From Candidatus Izemoplasmatales bacterium (GTDB taxonomy: Bacteria; Bacillota_I; Bacilli_A; Izemoplasmatales; Hujiaoplasmataceae): a stretch of DNA of 64,000 bases. This document shows positions 47,701 to 57,119 of the stretch, in pieces. Positions within the stretch are counted from its first letter, which is position 1, and each line of letters begins with the position of its first letter. Made by a program: the position numbers and the translations under genes. The DNA lies in contig JBMNEZ010000001.1 of NCBI GenBank assembly GCA_050949045.1, forward strand, positions 1,120,001 to 1,184,000, written 5' to 3'. Under the pieces are notes generated by a model. That model ran no database searches and had not been told where the DNA came from. It saw only the letters and a program-made list of their open reading frames with translations.

Positions 47701-48896
47701 TTCAACACCTCCCTTTTGAGGATGTCAGCCGCAATCGCCTCATAGACCTCGCTGTTTTTCTTATAAATTCGCATTACCCGGGGATCGATATAATAGAAGA
47801 AATCCGTGCTTGTGAGGATATTGTGGATCGCTTCATCGGTAGGAAGCACGATGCCGTCAAGCCCTCTTTTGAGCGCGGCGTAGAAAACGACAAAAACGAG
47901 CAGTTTGATATCGAGACTTTCGTATTGATGGTTGAAACTCTTGTAATGGGTTTCCGAAAAAATTTCCCGTTTCTTGATATCGATATTGAAAGTGTGGCTC
48001 AACTTGATCGCCACTTTTCTCAGTTTGTGCTTGCCGCCGATCAAAAGATTATCGAGTCTTTCAAGATCCCTCTCTTTGAACAACGGATACTTTTGAAGCA
48101 GTTTTTCCTTGGGTGTGTTCTCCTCAAGCGCCTGCATGATCTCAAGTTTGTCTTTGAAGGCGTTCGGAGCGCCGATCTTCTGACTGAATTCCTCGAGGAA
48201 AGCCTGGGAGCGTTCATAATATCTCTTGATATTGATATCCTGCCCGGTCGCGAGTTTCTGGATGTCGATTAAGAGATCAATGTTCCGAAACTCGGTTTCT
48301 TTTGAAAGGGCAATCTGATTATAGAAAAATCGTTTTTGCTTGATAATGATGTACGATGACACCGTCAAAATGGCGATAAAGAAAATAAAGAAGAAAACAA
48401 CGCCGAAAGAGTTTTCGGTGCTGTCACCTGAAAAGTCGATAAACTCAGGGTAGTTGATCAAAATCATGAGTGCACTGAACAGAAGCAGCACATTCGAGAT
48501 TGTCATCACCTTGATATCCTGATAAAAAGCGCTGATCGCATAGGCGATAAAGAGGACAGTGATCGTCACCGGTGATTCAAATAAAAAGATGATTACAATT
48601 GCCAGTACATAAACATAAACGGTGGTGAGATATTTGTTGAGTTGGAGAAACCTATAGTTTTCCCTGCCGTAGGCAAGTTGGGCGATATTGAGCAGGATTA
48701 CCACCAAAAAGCCGATCATCAGCGTGATCGTCTCCTTCAGTCCGAAGGCGGTTACAAACATATAAGAGATTGTGATGGCCATCATTCCCAGCAAAAGCCC
48801 GAGGACGAAGTGGTTCTTCGTCCGCAGGTGCTTGATCTCGAGATCCTCGCGGTAGTCCTCGATCTCTTTGAACATGTATGTTTTGTTTCTGCTCAC
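47697..48896 (-). CDS. Membrane protein with probable degenerate HD-GYP-like cytoplasmic domain
   Basis: 399 aa, GTG start with GGAGG RBS; same architecture; tail LDIKLL...FYAAL...DEAI...IDPRVMRIY. Confidence 0.6.
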   Translation of the reverse strand: MSRNKTYMFKEIEDYREDLEIKHLRTKNHFVLGLLLGMMAITISYMFVTAFGLKETITLMIGFLVVILLNIAQLAYGRENYRFLQLNKYLTTVYVYVLAIVIIFLFESPVTITVLFIAYAISAFYQDIKVMTISNVLLLFSALMILINYPEFIDFSGDSTENSFGVVFFFIFFIAILTVSSYIIIKQKRFFYNQIALSKETEFRNIDLLIDIQKLATGQDINIKRYYERSQAFLEEFSQKIGAPNAFKDKLEIMQALEENTPKEKLLQKYPLFKERDLERLDNLLIGGKHKLRKVAIKLSHTFNIDIKKREIFSETHYKSFNHQYESLDIKLLVFVVFYAALKRGLDGIVLPTDEAIHNILTSTDFFYYIDPRVMRIYKKNSEVYEAIAADILKREVLK

Positions 48897-48906
48897 TTGC
48901 GCCCTC

Positions 48907-49614
48907 CTAGAGAGGTTTGTTTTTGATTTTTGAATAAGGCCTTGGATAGATTGGCGGTGTCATTCTTTCTTTTTGAATCACAATGAGTGACCTTGAGAGT
49001 TTATCCGCAATTTCATAATTGATTGTTTCCGTTTTTCCGCCTCCAAGAATCCGGATGGCTTTTTTCGCCTCGCTCAGTTCATCAAGATGGTCTTGATTTT
49101 TCATGGCGATGAACAGGCCGTTCTTTTTCACAAACGGAAGCGCGAGTTCGGCGAGGATGTTCAGTTTCGCCACCGCTCTTGCGGTGACGATCTGAAATGC
49201 CTCTTTCATCTCATAGTCTTCCGCTCTGATATTGAGCAAGGTCACATCATCAAAACCTAATTTCCCAACAAGTCGCTCGAGAAAGCCTACCTTCTTTCCA
49301 GTGGCTTCGATGACGGTCACTTTGAGTGATGGGAAAAAGAGTTTCAGGGGCAGCGAGGGAAATCCGGCTCCCGAACCGATGTCAAGCAGGGTCTTGTCAT
49401 TTGGATCGAAGGCCCTTGTCAACATCAAAGAATCAAGAAAGTGCTTGTTGTAGACGTCTTCCCTTTTGGTGATTGAGGTCAGGTTCATGACTTCGTTCTC
49501 GGATATCAGATAACGATAATATATGTCAAACTTTTCGAGTGTTTCGTTATTTGCTTTTAAACCAAGTCCGGCCAACCGCTCGGAGAAATCTAGAACCATC
49601 GTATCACCTATCAT
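48907..49614 (-). CDS. rsmG: 16S rRNA m7G527 methyltransferase
   Basis: MNLTSI, KHFLDSL, DIGSGAGFP, RAE, TARAVA. Confidence 0.95.
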   Translation of the reverse strand: MIGDTMVLDFSERLAGLGLKANNETLEKFDIYYRYLISENEVMNLTSITKREDVYNKHFLDSLMLTRAFDPNDKTLLDIGSGAGFPSLPLKLFFPSLKVTVIEATGKKVGFLERLVGKLGFDDVTLLNIRAEDYEMKEAFQIVTARAVAKLNILAELALPFVKKNGLFIAMKNQDHLDELSEAKKAIRILGGGKTETINYEIADKLSRSLIVIQKERMTPPIYPRPYSKIKNKPL

Positions 49615-49664
49615 TCATTTTACCACAACCGGATGCTTTCCGAAAACGGCACTTGTGATTTTCC

Positions 49665-51497
49665 TTAAGCTTGGCGGCGTCTTTGATCTGTCTTCAAGTA
49701 AAACATAAGCATCTGGAGATCCGCGGGGTTGACTCCGCTGATCCTTGAGGCCTGCCCGAGGGTGAGCGGCCTGATTGCCTTTAGTTTCGCTCTCGCCTCG
49801 GTCGCTAGATTCAACACATCATCGTAATCGATCGAAGCGGGAATGACGATCGCCTCTTCTTTTTGAAAACGTTCCTGGTCGCGGATCGCCTTTTTGATGT
49901 AACCCTCGTATTTGGACTCGATCTCGATTTGTTCATAGATTTCCGGATCCTCGGGAAATAGTTCCGAATGCGAATCTTTAAGCAGGGGATAGATTGCTTC
50001 CGGCCTTTTCATAAGTTCGATGACACTAGTCTTTCCTTCTTTATCGGATATTTTGAGTTGGGTATCCTTCAATCTGTTGAATTCAGAAGTGATCAAATCG
50101 CGCTTTTTTTTGAAAGCCTCGTAGCGGTCAGCCTTGATCAGTCCGAGTTCATAACCATAGTCAGTCAAGCGAAGGTCCGCATTATCATGTCTTAACAGTA
50201 ATCTAAATTCCGCCCTTGATGTCATCATCCTGTAAGGCTCTTTCGTTCCCTTGGTGATTAGATCATCGATCAAAACACCGATATAAGCCTCATCCCGCCT
50301 TAAAACAAAGATTGGTTCATTGTCCAGTTTCCTTTTTACGTTGATGGCAGCCATCAACCCCTGGGCAGCGGCTTCCTCATAGCCGCTCGAACCATTCACT
50401 TGCCCGGCAAAGAAGAGATTCTCGATGATTTTCGATTCCAAACTCGGTTTCAACGAAATCGGTTCGATCGAATCATATTCAATCGCGTGGGCATACTTGG
50501 AAATAACAGCATTCTCAAGCCCAGGCAAAGAATGAACCATTTCTTCTTGAATTTCTTTCGGCATCGAAGTCGAGAAACCCTGAAGATAGATATCATCCAA
50601 AAATTCGCTTTCGGGTTCAATAAAAAGCTGATGCCTTTTTTTGTCAGCGAAGCGGACGAGCTTGTCTTCGATTGAGGGACAATATCTTGGCCCGACTCCT
50701 TCAACGAGTCCACTGTACATCGACGATCGTTTGAGATTTTCAAGGATAATCTTGTGAGTCTTCGGCTGCGTATAAATCAGATAACAGGGCCATTCTTGAT
50801 CCAAAACACGGAGATGTTCCTTCTCATGGCTGAAATGATGGACGAATCCGTCTCCGGGAGAAAGTTCCATTCTAGAAAAATCGATGGAGTTTCTTTTGAT
50901 TCTTGGCGGTGTCCCTGTCTTCAGTCTGAAAGTCTTGATGCCGTTTGCCCTAAGATTGGCGCTTAGGCCGACAGAAGGCGGCTGCCCGTCGGGACCTGAC
51001 AATATCTTGGTATCCCCGATCAAGATCGCCCCCTCCATGAAAGTCCCGGTCGTGACGATGACGGTACGCGCTGAAAAGACGGCCCCGCCTTCCGTGACCA
51101 CCCCTTCGATCTTCTTGTTCTTGATGATTAGTTCTTTCACATATGCTTCTTGAAGATCCAAATTATCCTGTTTTTTGAGAGTTTTAAGCATTTCTCGCGG
51201 GTAAAGCAATTTGTCCGATTGAACCCGAAGCGCCCAAACGGCCGGCCCTTTGGATTTGTTAAGCATCTTCATCTGTAGGCAGGTCCGGTCGGCGATCTTG
51301 CCCATCTCACCGCCCAAAGCATCGATCTCCCGGACGAGCGTTCCCTTTGCGGAACCGCCGATTGAGGGATTGCAGGGCATCCAGGCCACCATGGCTAGAT
51401 TGCCGGTCAAAAGCAATGTTTTCTTATTGAGCCGGGATAGAGCAAGCGCCGCCTCACAGCCGGCGTGACCGCCCCCGATGACAATCGCGTCATACAT
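49665..51497 (-). CDS. mnmG: tRNA uridine-5-carboxymethylaminomethyl synthesis enzyme
   Basis: GGGHAGCEAA, CNPSIGG, RLKTGTPPR, GPRYCPSIEDK, AGQVNG, RDEAYIGVLIDDL. Confidence 0.97.
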   Translation of the reverse strand: MYDAIVIGGGHAGCEAALALSRLNKKTLLLTGNLAMVAWMPCNPSIGGSAKGTLVREIDALGGEMGKIADRTCLQMKMLNKSKGPAVWALRVQSDKLLYPREMLKTLKKQDNLDLQEAYVKELIIKNKKIEGVVTEGGAVFSARTVIVTTGTFMEGAILIGDTKILSGPDGQPPSVGLSANLRANGIKTFRLKTGTPPRIKRNSIDFSRMELSPGDGFVHHFSHEKEHLRVLDQEWPCYLIYTQPKTHKIILENLKRSSMYSGLVEGVGPRYCPSIEDKLVRFADKKRHQLFIEPESEFLDDIYLQGFSTSMPKEIQEEMVHSLPGLENAVISKYAHAIEYDSIEPISLKPSLESKIIENLFFAGQVNGSSGYEEAAAQGLMAAINVKRKLDNEPIFVLRRDEAYIGVLIDDLITKGTKEPYRMMTSRAEFRLLLRHDNADLRLTDYGYELGLIKADRYEAFKKKRDLITSEFNRLKDTQLKISDKEGKTSVIELMKRPEAIYPLLKDSHSELFPEDPEIYEQIEIESKYEGYIKKAIRDQERFQKEEAIVIPASIDYDDVLNLATEARAKLKAIRPLTLGQASRISGVNPADLQMLMFYLKTDQRRRQA

Positions 51498-51646
51498 ATA
51501 AGATCACTTTCCTCGTATCAAATAATCCTGAAATGTCTAATGACGTTATTAATCGCATCATAAAACCATATAAATCAATACTTAATTGTGCTTTGCGACC
51601 AAATTCCAAGTGAATAATATCAAATCGAAACCTTCTTTTTTTAAAA

Positions 51647-51760
51647 GAATCTCCCATGAGGCATCCCCGCCCACATAGATACCTTACTTAAGGCTGCTTC
51701 CGTCAAGACCTGACCTAATTCGTGGATACCTATTGGGTGAGGATGCGTCATAAGAGATTC
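51647..51760 (-). ncRNA. ffs: Small SRP RNA (4.5S/scRNA)
   Basis: Long hairpin containing GTCAGGTCT-TGAC-GGAAGCAGC (domain IV) with paired ends; extended -10 TGATATAAT just upstream; follows tadA as in Bacillus. Confidence 0.9.
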
Positions 51761-51804
51761 CACAGGTATTATATCATACTATCGATATATATGATGGAAA
51801 GAAG

Positions 51805-52272
51805 TCATTCCCTGAGAGTGCGGAAAAAATCCTTCATCAGCTCACTTGCCTTTTCCTTCAACACTCCGCCAACGACATCGACATGGTGGTTAAAGGGGTG
51901 TCCAAACAACCGAACGATCGATTCGTGAGCTCCAAACTTTGGTTCTCTGGCGCCATAGACCACTCTTTTAATCCGGGATTGGATGATCGCCCCGGCGCAC
52001 ATCGGACAAGGTTCGATCGTAACATAGAGACTGCAGTCCTCAAGTCGCCAGCTACCTAGTCTTTTTTCCGCTTTCTTGATGGCGATGAGTTCCGCGTGTG
52101 CAAGAACACTTTGGTTTTGTTCACGCTGGTTGTGTCCTCTTGCGATGATTTTTCCATCCTTGACGATGACAGCGCCGATTGGCACTTCGCCTTTTAAGGC
52201 CGCTTTTTTCGCTTCTTGAAGCGCGCCTCGCATGAATTTTTGATCGATAGGATTACTTGCTGAAATGGTCAT
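51805..52272 (-). CDS. tadA: tRNA adenosine(34) deaminase (start uncertain)
   Basis: GEVPIGAV, HAE, EPCPMCAGA, FFR.LR. Confidence 0.92.
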   Translation of the reverse strand: MTISASNPIDQKFMRGALQEAKKAALKGEVPIGAVIVKDGKIIARGHNQREQNQSVLAHAELIAIKKAEKRLGSWRLEDCSLYVTIEPCPMCAGAIIQSRIKRVVYGAREPKFGAHESIVRLFGHPFNHHVDVVGGVLKEKASELMKDFFRTLRE

Positions 52273-52858
52273 AGGCTTTGGGCTTTCCTGGAACTTCATG
52301 GCAGTGACGGCATCTTGCTTCATAAAAGTCCTGGACTCCAACTAGGATGATGGGATCGTCATAAGAAGCCGGCTTGCCATTGATGATTCTCTGAGTCCTG
52401 GTAGCGGGGGTGTGGCACTTGACACAGATCGCAGAGAGTTTTGTAACATACTCCGCCAAAGCAAGGAGTTTTGGCATAAAAGAAAAGGTTTCCCCGCGGA
52501 AGTTCCGGTCTAAACCCGAGACGATTACTCTGATGCCGTGATCAGCGAGATACTCGCAGATCTCGACTACATCTTCGTCCATAAACTGGATTTCATCAAT
52601 CGCAACAACATCGGTGTCTTCGTCGACATAGTCCATAATCTGTTTCGCTTTCGCGATGTTGATCGACTTGGTCCGGGTATTGTTATGGGAAACAACCTCG
52701 TTCGACGCGTAGCGGCTGTCTATCTGCGGTTTGAAGACGAGAATGTTCTGTTTGGCGTATTCCAAGCGTTTGACACGCCTGATGAGCTCCTCCGTTTTAC
52801 CCGCGAACATCGGTCCGGTGATGACTTCGATCCAACCTTCCCTTTGGTTTAAATACAT
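52253..52858 (-). CDS. tdk: Thymidine kinase
   Basis: GPMFAGKT, IDEIQF, C..C...YEARCRHC. Confidence 0.96.
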   Translation of the reverse strand: MYLNQREGWIEVITGPMFAGKTEELIRRVKRLEYAKQNILVFKPQIDSRYASNEVVSHNNTRTKSINIAKAKQIMDYVDEDTDVVAIDEIQFMDEDVVEICEYLADHGIRVIVSGLDRNFRGETFSFMPKLLALAEYVTKLSAICVKCHTPATRTQRIINGKPASYDDPIILVGVQDFYEARCRHCHEVPGKPKAYDHFSK

Positions 52859-52905
52859 GGTCCCAACCCCCTTTGCATTCCAGAAACATTATACAAAACA
52901 GCGAT

Positions 52906-52933
52906 AAAAAAAGCCATACAGGATGGCTCTTTT
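52906..52933 (-). terminator. Terminator after rpmE
   Basis: agccat-acagg-atggct with a minus-strand T tract. Confidence 0.6.
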
Positions 52934-52937
52934 GTAC

Positions 52938-53156
52938 TTATTTTCGCTCAGTGTCTTTGATATTGTAGCGCTTGTTGAATTTGTCGATTCTTCCCGCTGC
53001 CGCAATAAACTTTTGCTTGCCGGTATAGAAAGGATGGCAATTCGCGCAGGTATCTACCTTGATTTCCTTGGAGGTTGAACCGCTTTCGAACGTATTTCCA
53101 CAAGTACTGCAGGTAACAGTGACTTTGTAATATTTCGGGTGGATATCCTTTTTCAT
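52938..53156 (-). CDS. rpmE: 50S ribosomal protein L31 (4-Cys, zinc-binding type)
   Basis: [23 protein letters not shown]. Confidence 0.96.
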   Translation of the reverse strand: MKKDIHPKYYKVTVTCSTCGNTFESGSTSKEIKVDTCANCHPFYTGKQKFIAAAGRIDKFNKRYNIKDTERK

Positions 53157-53348
53157 CGTTGTTTTCTCCTTCTGCCATGATTTTATGATCATAGTAAGTT
53201 TTCAGCAAACGTATTATAGCAAACATCATTTGTAAATGCAAGAAAAATAGCATCTAGTAAGAAACATGAGGTAAAAGGCTCATCTTTGTCAGTTTTATGC
53301 GGTTTGTTCATGATATAATAATGATATAGGAAAGGATCGGTTTACGAT

Positions 53349-54515
53349 ATGGACGATAAATCATCACCATCACTTAAATACCACAAGCGTTTTCGCGGTA
53401 AACTCTCCGTTATTCCCAATGTCCCGCTTGACAGTAATCAGGACTTGCTTTTGGCATATACTCCCGGCGTTGCGGATGTATGTATGGAAATCGCCAAAAC
53501 AGGCGATTTGGCATTTGACTACACTTTGAAGTCGCGCGTCGTCGCGATCATTTCCGATGGCAGCGCTGTCCTCGGCCTTGGCAACATCGGTCCGCTGGCG
53601 GCGATTCCGGTCATGGAAGGCAAAGCCGCTCTTTTATACAAGTTTTCCGGCATCGAGGCTTTCCCAATCACGCTTGACACCAAAGATGAGGATGAGATCA
53701 TAAGAACGATCAAGAACATCGCTCCTGTATTCGGCGCGATCATGTTGGAAGATATCGCAGCTCCCAAATGCGTCCGGATCGAGCGTATTTTGCAAAAGGA
53801 ATTGCCTATTCCCGTCTTCCATGACGACCAGCACGGAACCGCCATTGTGGTCGGGGCTGCCGTCACTAATGCTTTCCGCCTTCTCAGGAAAGACCTCTCG
53901 CAGGTTAAAGCCGTCGTTTGCGGCACGGGTGCCGCCGGAAACAGCGTCATCCGGTTATTGAAAGAGCTCGGTGTTGGTTCAATTTCCGCCTATAATAGGA
54001 AAGGCATTGTTTCCTATTCAAAATACTCTACTTATGACTTTGTCATTAAGGAGCTTATCGATGAACGCATCATCGACGACCCCGATCCGAATCTTTCTAC
54101 TCTTTCCGGACTGATCAAAGATAAAGATCTCTTCATCGGTGTCAGCGCCCCCAATATTCTTACAAAGGAAATGGTCGAATCAATGAGGCCGGATCCGGTC
54201 ATCTTCGCTCTCGCAAACCCTATTCCGGAAATCAATCCCAACCTGGCTTTGGCCGCCAAGGCTTTTGTCGTCGGTACCGGCAGGAGCGACTATCCCAATC
54301 AAATCAATAACGTCCTAGTTTTTCCGGGACTGATGAAAGGCCTGCTTGAATCCCGAGCCCCCAGCGTTACCGCCGCTATGAAAATAGCCGCCTGCAAAGC
54401 GCTCGCCTACCTAATTGAAGATAAGGATTTGAGGCCTGATCGCATCATCCCGGGAATATTCGAAAAAGGCGTTGTCGACGCCGTCAAAAATGCTGTCATA
54501 TCTGCGGTCAAATAA
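53349..54515 (+). CDS. NAD(P)-dependent malic enzyme
   Basis: AYTPGV, VLGLGNIGP, MEGK, LEDIAAP, FHDDQHGT, GRSDYPNQINN. Confidence 0.95.
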   Translation: MDDKSSPSLKYHKRFRGKLSVIPNVPLDSNQDLLLAYTPGVADVCMEIAKTGDLAFDYTLKSRVVAIISDGSAVLGLGNIGPLAAIPVMEGKAALLYKFSGIEAFPITLDTKDEDEIIRTIKNIAPVFGAIMLEDIAAPKCVRIERILQKELPIPVFHDDQHGTAIVVGAAVTNAFRLLRKDLSQVKAVVCGTGAAGNSVIRLLKELGVGSISAYNRKGIVSYSKYSTYDFVIKELIDERIIDDPDPNLSTLSGLIKDKDLFIGVSAPNILTKEMVESMRPDPVIFALANPIPEINPNLALAAKAFVVGTGRSDYPNQINNVLVFPGLMKGLLESRAPSVTAAMKIAACKALAYLIEDKDLRPDRIIPGIFEKGVVDAVKNAVISAVK

Positions 54516-54534
54516 AAAAGCCCCTGAGGGCTTA
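54514..54534. terminator. Short terminator between convergent malic enzyme and maf
   Basis: aaaaaagccc-ctga-gggctt. Confidence 0.6.
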
Positions 54535-55098
54535 TAACATGATTCCAAGCTTTTTGAATTCTTGATAGATTCTTGAAACGGGCATTCCCATAACCGTGTA
54601 ATAGTCGCCTTCGATCCGTTCAACGAACCTTGCGCCATAACCTTGAACGGCATACGCTCCAGCTTTATCCATCGGTTCTTTCGAGGCGATGTACTTGTCG
54701 ATTTCCTCATCCGTGAGCGGATAGAAAGTGACTGCCGTCTTGGAATAGAACGAGTGCGAAACCGCTTTGGTCAGAATCGCTGTGCCGGTGACGACCATAT
54801 GCTTTGTCCCTGAGAGTATCCGCAACATCCTTCTGGCGTCCTTGTCATCCTTTGGCTTTCCCAAGATCTCGGTTTCGGTATAGACAAGCGTGTCAAATCC
54901 CAAGACGATCTTGTCTTTGTTCTCTTTGAAGACCGCATGGGCCTTCCTGAAGGCCAATTCCATCGCTTGCTCCTCGGGCAAAAGCCCCTGGTCGATCGCC
55001 TCAGAAACATCCTTGGTCATTATTTGATATTTCACGCCAAGAAAATCGAACAATTCCCTTCTTCTCGGCGAGTTGCTCGCAAGAATCACATCTTTCAT
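54532..55098 (-). CDS. maf: Maf nucleoside triphosphate pyrophosphatase
   Basis: ILASNSPRRREL, DT, GKP, DKAGAY.VQG. Confidence 0.94.
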   Translation of the reverse strand: MKDVILASNSPRRRELFDFLGVKYQIMTKDVSEAIDQGLLPEEQAMELAFRKAHAVFKENKDKIVLGFDTLVYTETEILGKPKDDKDARRMLRILSGTKHMVVTGTAILTKAVSHSFYSKTAVTFYPLTDEEIDKYIASKEPMDKAGAYAVQGYGARFVERIEGDYYTVMGMPVSRIYQEFKKLGIML

Positions 55099-55236
55099 AT
55101 CATCACACCCCGCTTGTCATAATTATAGCATAACACAAAGAGTTGCCGATAAAGATAATCATTATCTGCAATGTCATCACATATTCTAAGGTATAATATA
55201 ATAACTGCTGTTTAAATGCTATGGAAGGAGGGTTCT

Positions 55237-56571
55237 ATGTTGTTGAATCCAAACTTGATCGAGAAGAACGATCGTTTGATTGTCGCCGTCAGCGGCGGTG
55301 TCGACTCGATGGTTATGCTCGATTGTTTGAACAATCTGAAAGACAAACTCAACCTCTTTCTAGTTGTCGTCCATATCAATCACCACAAACGCGAAGCCGC
55401 CAACATGGAAATGGGCTTCGTCAAAGACACCGCCCAAAAGCTTGGCCTTCAATTTCTAGGGTTTGACTATCATCACCAGGGACCGCTCAATTTTCATCAA
55501 GCCGCCAGAAAAGCGCGCCTTGATTTGTTGCTGGAAGCCGCCAATCGTTATTCCGCCAACAAGATCGCTCTCGCCCATCAAGCCGACGATCTTGTCGAAA
55601 CAATCCTGATGCGGCTTACAAGAGGGAGTTCATTCCCCGGTTATGGCGGCATCAATGAGAAATACACGATTGGCAAGGTAACATTGATCCGCCCCCTGCT
55701 CCATGTGAGCAGAAACGAGATCTTGTCCTATCAAAAAGAACACCGGATCGAATATATGGAAGACGATTCCAACCAAACCGATGCTTATACCAGAAATCGC
55801 TTCCGCCACCATGTGGTCCCGTTCCTAAAAGAAGAGAATCCGCAATATACCGCGAAATTCCGGCAATTTGCCAATTACATCCAAGAGGCTTCCGATTATC
55901 TTCGCAAAAAAGGATCCTTATTTGTAGATAACAACCTCATCCTCTCCGATGGTGTGGCCAAACTGCCGATCCCGGCATTGAAAAATGAAGAGCCGATCAT
56001 CCAAAAGGAAGCCCTCATCCAATCCATTGGCCGGTTGACCGGCAACCAAGTCGAGATCTCTTATCTTCAACTCGAGGAACTCTGTGAACTGCTGACTATC
56101 GACAAGAGCCGTCATGACATTGATCTCGAAGGGGGCCTTGTCGCCCGAAAAAGTTACGATCAATTGCTTCTTTATCTTGAATTGCCCGCTCCGAGTCAGT
56201 ATGAATATATCTTGGAGACGGTTGGTGATGTGCTTCTTCCAAACGGACACAAGATTTCACTAAGTGAAAATACTGTTAATTTCAATGGAAAAAACACTGA
56301 TCTATGGTATAATAACTTAGATTTCATCTTGCCTCTTACAATCAGAAACAGGCGTCCCGGAGATCGAATCCAAATGCCTTACGGAACCAAGAAACTGAAA
56401 TCTTTCTTTATTGAAAAGAAAGTTCCCCATCTTCTTCGTGATGAACTGCCTCTGGTTTTTGATAGGAATATGAATCTGTTATGGATTCCCGGCTATTTTC
56501 AAAAGCAGCCTGGTCTCGATGAAACCAATAAATTAACTCTTTGTTACTGGAAAGGAAACAGGCATGCTTGA
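55237..56571 (+). CDS. tilS: tRNA(Ile)-lysidine synthase
   Basis: VAVSGGVDS, AHQADD..ET, IRPLL, D.SN, RNRFR; start set after AAGGAGG. Confidence 0.95.
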   Translation: MLLNPNLIEKNDRLIVAVSGGVDSMVMLDCLNNLKDKLNLFLVVVHINHHKREAANMEMGFVKDTAQKLGLQFLGFDYHHQGPLNFHQAARKARLDLLLEAANRYSANKIALAHQADDLVETILMRLTRGSSFPGYGGINEKYTIGKVTLIRPLLHVSRNEILSYQKEHRIEYMEDDSNQTDAYTRNRFRHHVVPFLKEENPQYTAKFRQFANYIQEASDYLRKKGSLFVDNNLILSDGVAKLPIPALKNEEPIIQKEALIQSIGRLTGNQVEISYLQLEELCELLTIDKSRHDIDLEGGLVARKSYDQLLLYLELPAPSQYEYILETVGDVLLPNGHKISLSENTVNFNGKNTDLWYNNLDFILPLTIRNRRPGDRIQMPYGTKKLKSFFIEKKVPHLLRDELPLVFDRNMNLLWIPGYFQKQPGLDETNKLTLCYWKGNRHA

Positions 56572-57106
56572 AAAAGATATTGAAAAAATACTGGTATCAG
56601 AAGCCCAAATCCAAGAAATCTGTGCCGCACTAGGTAAGAGAATCACCAACGACTACAAAGACAAAAAGCCGCTCATCATCGGCTTGTTGAAGGGTTGTTT
56701 GCCTTTCATGAGCGAATTGATGAAACATATTAATCTCTATTGTGAAATCGACTTGATGGGTGTCGCCAGTTATCATGGCGACGTCTCCTCCTCAGGCGAT
56801 GTCAAGATCACCAAAGACCTTGATAAACCTGTTTTGAACAAAGATGTGATCATCGCCGAAGATATCATCGATACCGCTAAAACAATCGACGTCGTCAGAA
56901 ATCTTCTCTTGTACAGAGGTGCAAAATCAGTTGAAGTCGCCACTCTTCTCGACAAACCCGATGGCAGAACCATCGATTTCGTACCCAAATACATCGGTAT
57001 CACCATCCCCAAGGAATTCGTCGTCGGTTTCGGCCTAGACTACAATGAAATGTATCGAAATCTTCCCTACGTCGGCGTTTTAAAACCGTCCGTCTACAAG
57101 AAATAA
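56564..57106 (+). CDS. hpt: Hypoxanthine phosphoribosyltransferase
   Basis: LLKG, EDIIDT, LLDK, FVVGFGLDY...RNLP. Confidence 0.96.
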   Translation: MLEKDIEKILVSEAQIQEICAALGKRITNDYKDKKPLIIGLLKGCLPFMSELMKHINLYCEIDLMGVASYHGDVSSSGDVKITKDLDKPVLNKDVIIAEDIIDTAKTIDVVRNLLLYRGAKSVEVATLLDKPDGRTIDFVPKYIGITIPKEFVVGFGLDYNEMYRNLPYVGVLKPSVYKK

Positions 57107-57119
57107 TTAGGAGTTTAAA

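Noticed and set aside
44400..51650. oriC, DnaA-box cluster or parS near mnmG-parAB
   Set aside because: No dnaA or mnmE in the window, and no convincing TTATCCACA cluster or TGTTNCACGTGAAACA site was noticed (manual scan, not exhaustive).
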